DNA of 64,000 nt from a virus, in the IMG/VR virus record IMGVR_UViG_3300005680_000007, positions 4,017 through 68,016 of that record; one strand, 5' to 3'. A program made the translations under genes and the position numbers. A model generated the notes under the pieces. That model did not search any database. It saw only the letters and a list, made by a program, of their open reading frames with translations, and was not told the origin of the DNA. This document shows, one piece after another, positions 60,901-64,000 of this stretch. Numbering within the stretch: the first letter of the stretch is position 1; every line of letters starts with the position of its first letter.

Positions 60901-60908
60901 CACCGTAG
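48942..60908 (+). CDS. Giant polyvalent protein: ParB-like nuclease + zeta-like kinase + N6-adenine MTase + DEAH (SF2) helicase + HExxH + glycine-zipper C-terminal region
   Basis: 3,988 codons with no stop. Motif coordinates are listed as separate features. GTG start. Third-position G/C periodicity is in this frame except for the three stretches described in the findings. Confidence 0.75.
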   Translation: MTDISFDDLPSAKPADTGLSFDDLPAAAPAAESGYVPEALKGFARGAQGMVTSPLQGVAAAQSQGPAAIERAGLSAAMDRVMAGEDPAQAVENVRAAPPALPPVTETPGWHAAESFKKATDPYIAPAKGWEDSWTGDIAGGFGSVAAGIGMSILNPAAAMLAFVTAGQGEAAERAVKAGATPEQIQTAARLGTVSGATDVVDALLPMMGSYGKTLGLIKRVGYGAVSGALAEGGQEGLQQFIQNAIAKGIYKPDQDLMEDVPRSAAIGAIVGGSIGGFSGGVQKPGAAPAAEAQQSAVQPTAGQPAADPLEALIAREAESPAPDNPELDALLSDLASRATDFSDRARSGSPVAAPAQAAEPATEPSGAPIDPMFADLPDAEETPQRGPKITYLTPDAIQTDAERFQYKGGADKEGVTSALKDVKKWDDRLAPPILAWESEDGSLYVVNGHQRTALAKRASAAGQPDVYVPARIMREADGYTPEYMRALGAFQNIAEGTGTALDAAKVLRANSADLADVLPPLPPRSQLVQNAKGLADLSDEAFGMVVNDIVPEAYAAQVGNILKEPAEQMAALDVLAKGQPANVDQARIMVEDIRNAGFLKGEQTGLFGAEEFARSLVPERARILDRAVKTLRKLGSTFKTAVEQEGTLAEAGNKLKRAANERAQTENERLAEVLANDGTRKGPISDALSDAARALADGKPINAVTSQFLSQVRSLTRGTRPGVQRSAETDRDGHAREPQQAALYSLGRGQQRPVAPKVRAEIEAMTARNAPLDEIVAHPAVSRAVAEMRRRIPTGTPEQLRDPAWQAKRVYDFGGKPVRGFDAAADRLTEKARSYAGGKVENGRHAVLVLGPPAAGKSTFANPIAKAMGAAVVDADDAKLVIREYQGGVGTVAVHEESSALAGRVASRLIGEGANLVLPKVGAAEASIRNLKKALEAKGYTVDVAHVAANPEISGRRNIGRWLETGRLVDPDYIREVGDKPREVAYILSREGNDYVDVDTSRSPPKIEGKGPLAKLLRDRGERGEPVSRGDGAQALFSLGRRKGVTDQVDLFGGRGDQYVLPGAEKISDAELAQRRADAPLQPKKPQKPAELFSNDDASQLGLGLEPKDGRRDVRQGAQGVSPKQPAGRAQGLSARRRPEQVSLFDWGAGRKPDDRPARPDEQAGGGERPAVPAEGGRVTKPPSIGARNRPRRNHPAAAGLAEAIKKIEERSRLNYRITDSDRIGEGGPKQKVRDNIEAVRVLRQIEEEGRGPTPEEKAKLVKYVGWGAFAQDVFAPHKQDWKKERDALRSLLTDAEYDSAKASTLNAHYTSPEVIRGMWDVMDHFGFSGGLALEPSAGIGHFIGLTPDHVAPKTAWTAVELDAITGRIAAALYGGSEVHVEGYQDLKRPSNYYDLVISNVPFGDYNITEKPYGRYPIHDFFFVKSLDKVRPGGIVAFITSRYTMDRMDPATRREFAKQADLVGAIRLPGGRKGAFAGNAGTEVTTDIIFLRKKVPDEKPYPQKPWLETKEIKTPDGPVKINEYFAANPQMMMGEMRLTGSMYSDKEPVLVGTAEGLRERIAQAARDNMEAGAFLPRGVPEPVNIDSSDVDPTLKEGALFVKNGKVYQRQNGVGVEQKLSPDDVDRVKRLSEMRGTVNDLLAAQLGASDKGTPADLRRSLAKTYEAFVKKWGPINLEERTVTSRVNKEGENVVIVRTPNLTPFKGDPDAWKVSAIEKYDPETGKATPAAIQTKNVIEAPTERQINGPADALAASLDKHGAVDVYDIADMLGTSVEDAVKSLGDTVFVDPDGRQYVTADQYLSGNVVKKLEEARALAQDDASFQRNVDALEKVQPVPLEPSDITAQFGAPWVPEHVYNDFIKDVLGGSGEVKKVPLTGEWRVTINAASRDARAKYATDRVPIDKIFKAAINNQQITVWDQVADDKREVNQKETEAARIKTEAMKEAFAGDPNLGIDGWVWQDGARAAELAAIYNRTYNNLVPTNFDGSHQTLPGLNRMFADRKHRLDAIWRMVTKGNTLLAHVVGSGKTVTMIAGGMEMKRLGLINKPAYVVPNHMLEQFAREFIEAYPNAKIIVAEKDEMTRDNRKAFLAKVAANDWDGVVITHDAFGRINMAKEFRQQFIRDQIAELERVKTAEAKEAGKDSPTVKALEKAKKRLQDKLQKLLNEDRKDEGTSFEESGVDFLFVDEAHKFKNLAFVTRLQRVKGLAQGESQRAEDLSLKIRYLDQKRPGRSAVFATGTPVSNTMAELWTMQRYLQYDKLREADLDTFDAWASTFGKVVNNMELSADGRTLKEVSSFSRFVNVPELVSLYSEIADTKTADMLNLPRPQVVAPDGKPGIEIVKVSPSEAEERYIEGLVKLAEELKGKRPEPGKPNMLSVVGLGRKVATDARLVGLPVNEGGKIATAARNIFQIWKDGKEPGTVQMVFLDMGVPQTKAKPKKADPDGDVTITDTPDPIFAKYNVDLYADLKARLVAMGVPAKQIATIHEATDDQKKAKLFSRVRSGDVRVIIGSSEKMGVGTNVQDRLIAMHHLDAPWKPAEVEQRDGRIVRQGNKNPNVRILRYVTERSFDAFMWQKLDTKSKFIGQVLSGAKGARHAEDIDNPLPEAAEMKAAASGDPRIMELAELDRKVRQLAAQKRVFDASKARAVSELAMTKGRVKQYEDALPAAEMDAAKVEDLSGDKFKVTIQGKEYDDRREAGKVILDALLARDARSYYAPKRIDIGTEMSGFPLEVVAHGRYGDGAAYLAVTPVVQASKNYSGLSDITINDQTDPAGLMLRFGNLLKSIALEPDRIERVLKEERANVPRLEKVAGETWPKDAELQRARADLDALTKELTGAKEEKPAEAAPATDAVDTEGWTAESLVGPDAGFTHWQIRDAAGNPVTKIVGGTAESAIRKAAEKPEALFDISRDLTRLAQKDRGEIERRITAIARQVMGAHVRVAFQDAIPLPDDAVEAWGAKAKGLYTAAGRYIPAHRLIDIAMADPMYRDQVSTAYHELFHGAENLLLRDAEMAVLKAEDAELRQIAADYTGMSRAEAAELAGFEVRAIAAQAYADMRNQPRSVDLLSGAARKVLEKLRQMFKRIRNVMRGLGYQTSQDIFSDFYEGRMAARAAKERPFVREAASVVPGGGTPTPQQRRSVMERMDMRPLDRALRVPFDVFGGTNQKGEWDPGLRLSEKAAKIIKDAKFSGGGKFHWLNPTLERARAGLIDRYGLDPAYVERERQRALDERRIMGVVPEVMQTLKENDVGSAEAIVLQKILTGEQISDANLEALAAPIRQAIDVFGQEAVDLGLLSQESFDRNKGAYLHRVYRKHETDQNPLVKWVSQMASTRRKKIIGNQFKGRGLWKEVAASTVNQAPKGSKVSIGGTQWEVRGYKGKKAVLWRDYTPAERERMGEILDARYTIAKTYMVMAHDLATGRFYKDIADNPEWSSDQEPASGAWKNAAEYGRHWADPDIEWVKVPDTKIASSNTPRYGALAGRFVRAEIWRDINELEQMQSPTWWNTILTQWKLNKTARSPVTHMNNVMSNAVLMDMADVRARDLYRGIRSMVKQDALYKEAVDNGAFGGDMISQEIRDNVLRPILEEIENQAQAKSPVGMVEKVMAGLFSKGALVGAAYGAAGGALVGGPVGAVAGAGVGAVAGAAARKPIDKFDEKMLQAYRLEDEVFRMATYTRRIDQGLTPREAAIEANEQFLDYDIRAPWVNAARRTVLPFIAYTYRATPLVAKMVMTRPWKLAKYATVAFVLNALGYALFPGDEDDERRTLREEEQGRTWIGAPRMIRTPFGDANGNPLFLDVRRWIPSGDIFDMNQGQGAVPVPAPLQFGGPIMLGAELALNKQAFTGRPIVNTKTDDIWDRAGKVGDWAWKAWMPGAAWIPGSWYWEKTGDALAGARDRSGRAYSLPLALSSSVGVKLKPHEIAEGKRQIQLEFDRVNRELSFERSRLARDRSQGKISDDRYKSDLAALDRKRKHYNEERRKRLTGEDLAP
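50105..50470 (+). other. ParB/Srx-like nuclease segment of the giant ORF
   Basis: ITYLTPDAIQTDAERFQYK...LYVVNGHQRTALAK. Confidence 0.55.
51049..51207 (+). CDS. Possible nested +1-frame ORF (52 aa) just before the kinase module
   Basis: ATG 51049 (no SD) to TAG 51205-51207. Over 51078-51156, third positions are 21/26 G/C in +1 against 9/26 in frame 0. Confidence 0.2.
   Translation: MPSRRNSSPRFDLSREELVRAYNEALRLTAMDMRENRSRPRSTRSDEDSNVL
51237..51920 (+). other. Zeta-toxin/AAA-kinase-like module of the giant ORF
   Basis: Walker A GPPAAGKST (51495-51521) followed by VVDADD. Begins at an in-frame ATG (51237). Confidence 0.55.
51922..52080 (+). CDS. Possible nested +1-frame ORF (52 aa) just after the kinase module
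   Basis: GAGAGGG (51912-51918) before ATG 51922; stop is TAA 52078-52080. 40/52 third positions are G/C against 27/53 in frame 0. Product: MTMSMSIPPEAPRKSKEKARSRSFSEIEESAESLFLEEMERKPSSRSGDGKA. Confidence 0.3.
   Translation: MTMSMSIPPEAPRKSKEKARSRSFSEIEESAESLFLEEMERKPSSRSGDGKA
52270..52548 (+). CDS. Nested +1-frame gene: TnpV-like 92-aa protein
   Basis: GGAG (52259-52262) lies 7 nt before ATG 52270; stop is TAG 52546-52548. 78/92 third positions are G/C in this frame against 32/100 in the giant-ORF frame (hand count). The product follows the TnpV family pattern as I remember it. Confidence 0.55.
   Translation: MDAETFAREHKEYLQNNRPDVLKGFQREGDLSRYLSSIGEQAESRMIDLHGQMNKQAGVNDLPYLQKVAALQNHHQSALEIVRDEIILQPRD
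52700..53430 (+). other. Gamma-class N6-adenine methyltransferase core of the giant ORF
   Basis: Motif I LEPSAGIGHF (52944-52973) and motif IV ISNVPFGDY (53136-53162). Confidence 0.75.
54990..56610 (+). other. SF2 (DEAH, SNF2/DarB-like) helicase core of the giant ORF
   Basis: GSGKT (55014-55028), DEAH (55500-55511), ATGTPVSN, and QRDGRIVRQGN (56571-56603). Confidence 0.75.
57930..57944 (+). other. HELFH (HExxH) zincin-type motif in the giant ORF
   Basis: YHELFHGAE. A motif alone does not prove a metallopeptidase domain. Confidence 0.35.
59776..59880 (+). other. Glycine-zipper hydrophobic segment in the giant ORF
   Basis: GALVGAAYGAAGGALVGGPVGAVAGAGVGAVAGAAA. Confidence 0.6.
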
Positions 60909-61211
60909 CGGCCTGCCATCGCGATAGAGCAGCGGCGGCAATTCATCGTCGAACCCGGCCTTGTAGGCCGCGCAGTAATATGCCTGAAAGGTGCATTGAT
61001 CGCGGTCGCAGTCGTCGCGCTTTTCGAGCAGTTCGCGGCATCGAACGGTCGCGAGCGGTTCGGAAAGGCACTTGTCCTCAATCTGCCGGATGGCGGTAGC
61101 GGCCGCGTCGCTGTAGGGCGGCGCACCCTGCAGGACCCGCTTCGCAAGCCCGTAAAGCATCGGCGCGCTCAATAGGGCGGCGACGACCAGAATCGCTCGA
61201 AGGAATGCCAT
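60897..61211 (-). CDS. Counter-oriented secreted/membrane Cys-rich protein
   Basis: 104 aa from ATG 61211 (MAFLRAILVVAALLSAPMLYG... then six Cys). Its 3' end overlaps the giant-ORF stop by 12 nt. Confidence 0.5.
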   Translation of the reverse strand: MAFLRAILVVAALLSAPMLYGLAKRVLQGAPPYSDAAATAIRQIEDKCLSEPLATVRCRELLEKRDDCDRDQCTFQAYYCAAYKAGFDDELPPLLYRDGRPLRC

Positions 61212-61295
61212 TTGCACCCGTAGTCCTAATCGGGGTGCCTCGTAACGTCTTTTTCCCGCGTCCCGCGTCCCCCGTCAACAACATCCCGGTGACTG

Positions 61296-61745
61296 ATGAA
61301 ACTGCGCCTTATCGCGGTCGCGCTCTTACTGTGCGCGGCTTCTCCCGCCTTTGCGTTCTTCCAGGGGCCATGGAATGTGAATGCCCAGCCGGGCACCCTG
61401 AAAGGCTATGCGAAGGCGTCCGCGTCCCGCTCCTGCCTGACGGCGGACACCCGCGCCGTTCTCAGCCGGCTCGAGGCCCGCGTCGGCAAGGTGCAGATCG
61501 TTTCGACCTGCCGGCCTGGCGCGACGATTGCTGGGACCGGGCGCCAGTCTGCGCACGCGATCGGCCGCGCGGTCGATTTCAACACCCGCAACAAGGGCGC
61601 GGCGATCTCGTTCCTGCGCTCGCAGGGCGTGTTCGTGATGACCTATTGCGGCATGTCCCATGTCCACTTCAACACCGGGCAGAGCGGGGCGTCGTTCTGC
61701 GGCAAGGGCTATGTCTCGGCGCGCAAGCGGGCGCGGCGCCGATGA
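61296..61745 (+). CDS. Secreted LAS/M15-type peptidoglycan peptidase
   Basis: 149 aa. Signal peptide MKLRLIAVALLLCAASPAFA. Motifs QSAHAIGRAVDF (S.H..G.A.D) and SHVHF. Confidence 0.65.
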   Translation: MKLRLIAVALLLCAASPAFAFFQGPWNVNAQPGTLKGYAKASASRSCLTADTRAVLSRLEARVGKVQIVSTCRPGATIAGTGRQSAHAIGRAVDFNTRNKGAAISFLRSQGVFVMTYCGMSHVHFNTGQSGASFCGKGYVSARKRARRR

Positions 61746-62029
61746 TCGCCGCCATCTTCGCCACGACCATGCTGGCCTCGTTCTACTGGCAGGGCACGCA
61801 GACTGCGAGCGGCGAGCGGTTCGACCCTGACGGCATGACTGCGGCGCATCGCACACTGCCGTTCGGGACGCGATTGCGCGTCTGCTATCGCGGCTGCGTG
61901 GTGGTCCGGATTTCAGATCGTGGCCCATTCATTCGTGGCCGTGATCTTGATCTCTCAATAGGTGCTGCCCGCGCGATAGGCATGACCGGAGCCGGTGTCG
62001 CCCGCGTCAATGTAAGCATCGTCAACTAA
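61742..62029 (+). CDS. RlpA-like double-psi beta-barrel protein
   Basis: 95 aa. ASGERFDPDGMTAAHRTLPFGTRLRVCYRGCVVVRISDRGPFIRGRDLDLSIGAARAIG. Confidence 0.65.
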   Translation: MIAAIFATTMLASFYWQGTQTASGERFDPDGMTAAHRTLPFGTRLRVCYRGCVVVRISDRGPFIRGRDLDLSIGAARAIGMTGAGVARVNVSIVN

Positions 62030-62044
62030 ACCAGAGAAATTGTC

Positions 62045-62554
62045 ATGAAAGATTATGAGCGCGGCCTGACGGCCGAACGCCTACGCGCGCTGTTGCATTA
62101 CTGCCCGGAAACGGGATCGTTCAATTGGAAAGTCTATGGTGGGTCTCGGAGGCCGATTGGGAGCGCAGCCGGCGAATTGAAGTCTTCAGGCTACATCCTG
62201 ATTGGAATCGATGGGCAACGGTATCGTGCCCATCGGCTTGCATGGCTCTACATGATTGGCGAGTGGCCACGATTTCAAATCGACCATCGAGATAACGTCC
62301 GCTCGAATAACAGGTGGCTGAACCTGCGTCCGGCTGACAACGCTGAAAATCAAGCCAATTCTAAACGTCCAAAAAACAATACGTCTGGTTTCAAGGGCGT
62401 GTTCTGGAACAAGCAACGCCAAAAGTGGGCGGCAAAAATTAATCCAAATCGTCGGCAGGTGCATCTTGGCTTCTTTGATGACCCAAAAGAAGCGCACGCT
62501 GCATATTGCAGGGGAGCAGAAGAGTTCTTCGGAGAATTTGCCCGTGCTGCATGA
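62045..62554 (+). CDS. HNH + AP2-domain homing-type endonuclease (second copy)
   Basis: 169 aa. YRAHRLAWLYMIGEWPRFQIDHRDNVRSNNRWLNLRPADNAENQ, then NTSGFKGVFWNKQRQKWAAKI. AT-richer than its neighbours. Confidence 0.75.
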   Translation: MKDYERGLTAERLRALLHYCPETGSFNWKVYGGSRRPIGSAAGELKSSGYILIGIDGQRYRAHRLAWLYMIGEWPRFQIDHRDNVRSNNRWLNLRPADNAENQANSKRPKNNTSGFKGVFWNKQRQKWAAKINPNRRQVHLGFFDDPKEAHAAYCRGAEEFFGEFARAA

Positions 62555-62605
62555 CGCCATCGGCATGGAAGCGGCGGGCATCGCCCGCGTGACGGTCACG
62601 CCGCA

Positions 62606-62830
62606 ATGATCAAACTTATCTGGTTTGCAGCCTTTGTTCATGCACAGACCGGACCGCAGGTCATCACCATCGGCGAAACGACGCTATTCAAGGATCGCGC
62701 GCTTTGTGAGGCGTTCGGCAAGATCATGTCCGCGCGGCTCGCCGATTATGCCCGCGGTGTCGCCAAGCTCGATTGGCGTGATCGGGTGGCCGTGCAGTTC
62801 AAATGCGAACCAAATGGGCAACCGACATGA
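62606..62830 (+). CDS. Small secreted protein
   Basis: 74 aa, N-terminal MIKLIWFAAFVHAQ. Confidence 0.45.
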   Translation: MIKLIWFAAFVHAQTGPQVITIGETTLFKDRALCEAFGKIMSARLADYARGVAKLDWRDRVAVQFKCEPNGQPT

Positions 62831-63246
62831 CCGGGGCTGCCAGAGCATTCGCACTCCTGTTTGTCGCCTTACATATTCTGGCGCTGTTCGCGTACACGCT
62901 GCGCTGGCTTTGGGTGGCGATGCTGGCTATTGCGCTGCTGATCCATGCCGCGCGGGCAGAGGAATTGATCGAGCCGACACCAGCCGAGGCAGCAGACATT
63001 GCGCGCTGGATACCAGCGGCCTGCTGTTGGACTAACGGCTGTTGTCGGAAAGTGTCCGAAACCGCGCTGATCCAGCTTCCGAACAATGACGTGCGCGTGG
63101 TGACGACCGGGCAAGTCTTGAAGCGCACCGGCTGGTCGCAAAATGCCCATACCTGGCGCTGCACCTGCGACCTGATCGACGGCAAGTGGGTCGTGCATCC
63201 GCTGGCGAACACCCGCTGCGTGTTTCCAATTCATTCCGGCTCATAA
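62827..63246 (+). CDS. Membrane protein of the lysis cluster (holin/spanin candidate)
   Basis: 139 aa from ATG 62827 (ATGA overlap). Two N-terminal hydrophobic segments, then a Cys-rich C-terminal part. Confidence 0.4.
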   Translation: MTGAARAFALLFVALHILALFAYTLRWLWVAMLAIALLIHAARAEELIEPTPAEAADIARWIPAACCWTNGCCRKVSETALIQLPNNDVRVVTTGQVLKRTGWSQNAHTWRCTCDLIDGKWVVHPLANTRCVFPIHSGS

Positions 63247-63259
63247 ATCGGAGGCAAGC

Positions 63260-63904
63260 ATGGCTGCATGGCGGCTCGCGAGAGCCCTTGAGAAACTGCG
63301 CGCGCAAGTCGGCGCGAAGGCACCGAATCGCAGCAAGTCGGCCGACGGCTCGATCGGCGATCAGGCGCATCGCGCGCGCAAGTCCGAACACAATCCGAAT
63401 GCGGCCGGCGTGGTGCGGGCGATCGACATCACACACGATCCGGCCGGTGGGTTCGACAGTTACAAGTTCGCGGAAATGCTGCGCGTGAAGGCCGACCAGC
63501 GCATCTATTACATCATCAGCAACGGCAAAATCGCCAATCCAGGCCAGCCTTGGCGGAAATATACCGGCTCCAACCCGCACGATCATCACGTCCATATCTC
63601 TGTCGCGGCATCGCCCGATCTGTATGACGACGCGCGGGATTGGGACATCGGCGACGTGCATCATGTGATGCCTGATCCGGCCATCGTCACCACGCCGCCG
63701 CCGAAGCCCATCGTCGAAAACCCGTTCCTGCTGAAAGGCGCGCGCGGCGATGCCGTGGTGCGTCTGCAGCGCCTGCTCAAGATCGAGGACGACGGCGTGT
63801 TCGGCTCGAAGACCGACGCGGCGGTGAAGGCGTTCCAGAAGGCGCACAAGCTCGTGGCGGATGGAAAAGTCGGCGTCTACACATGGAGGGCGCTGCTGTC
63901 ATGA
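63260..63904 (+). CDS. Endolysin: LAS/VanY-type peptidase + peptidoglycan-binding domain
   Basis: 214 aa. Motifs KSEHNPNAAGVVRAIDI and DHHVHIS. C-terminal LLKGARGDAVVRLQRLLKIEDDGVFGSKTDAAVKAFQKAHKLVADGKVG (PG_binding_1 pattern). Confidence 0.7.
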   Translation: MAAWRLARALEKLRAQVGAKAPNRSKSADGSIGDQAHRARKSEHNPNAAGVVRAIDITHDPAGGFDSYKFAEMLRVKADQRIYYIISNGKIANPGQPWRKYTGSNPHDHHVHISVAASPDLYDDARDWDIGDVHHVMPDPAIVTTPPPKPIVENPFLLKGARGDAVVRLQRLLKIEDDGVFGSKTDAAVKAFQKAHKLVADGKVGVYTWRALLS

Positions 63905-64000
63905 CCACGCGAGTTTACTGCATGTACGGGCTCGGCGGTGCGCTGTGGTCCTACGGAATCGAAAACGTCCTCGCCCGCGCCATCCGCAAGCTGCCGGACA
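63901..64000 (+). CDS. 5' part of a CDS continuing beyond the window
   Basis: ATG 63901 in an ATGA overlap with the endolysin stop (MTTRVYCMYGLGGALWSYGIENVLARAIRKLPD...). Confidence 0.45.
   Translation, partial: MTTRVYCMYGLGGALWSYGIENVLARAIRKLPD

Larger units (their letters stand above)
277..64000. mobile_element. Integrated prophage (left att at tRNA fragment; right end beyond the window)
   Basis: Contiguous integrase, recombination, immunity-switch, replication, terminase, portal, capsid, fibre, ejection-protein and lysis genes. A tRNA 3' fragment abuts the integrase. Confidence 0.85.

Overview
GC-rich window that is almost entirely one integrated prophage. Phage-borne GcrA-, GapR- and CtrA-output-domain-like genes point to an alphaproteobacterial-type host. 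The left edge is a 49-nt 3' fragment of a tRNA-Val(CAC)-like gene (277-325) beside a short tyrosine recombinase. The right edge lies beyond 64000.

Layout:
- Minus-strand early-left operon, 342-11329: many small ORFs, an IS1595-type transposase, a C5-MTase, an HNH nuclease, a DEDDh exonuclease and RecT/Bet.
- Lambda-like switch: PL-like promoter 11354-11382, CI/LexA-type repressor 12013-12696, divergent Cro-like gene 12782-13042, and four TGGAA-N5-TTC(C/G)(A/G) operators.
- Plus-strand early-right and replication block, 13548-20278: RHH/HTH regulators, a receiver-less OmpR/CtrA-type wHTH, a beta-class MTase, then GapR-like, RuvC-like, GcrA-like and DnaB genes.
- Morons (Csp, glycosyltransferase), then HNH + TerS + TerL, portal, scaffold-like, capsid, fibres, ejection-type proteins and a lysis cluster.

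Most genes are chained by ATGA/GTGA start-stop overlaps. I recognised no tail tube, sheath or baseplate genes, so a short-tailed virion is an inference.

Most unusual observations:
1. An 11,967-nt ORF (48942-60908) combines ParB-like, zeta-kinase-like, N6-MTase, DEAH-helicase, HExxH and glycine-zipper modules.
2. Inside that ORF, codon periodicity jumps to the +1 frame three times around the kinase module. One jump is a complete SD+ATG...TAG gene for a TnpV-like 92-aa protein (52270-52548).
3. About 450 nt of hairpin-rich non-coding sequence sits in the rexAB-equivalent slot downstream of the repressor.
4. A cluster of alphaproteobacterial cell-cycle regulator mimics.
5. A C10 tract fuses a small membrane ORF to a hexapeptide-repeat protein.

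All functional calls rest on motifs read by eye and remembered family patterns. No database search was run.
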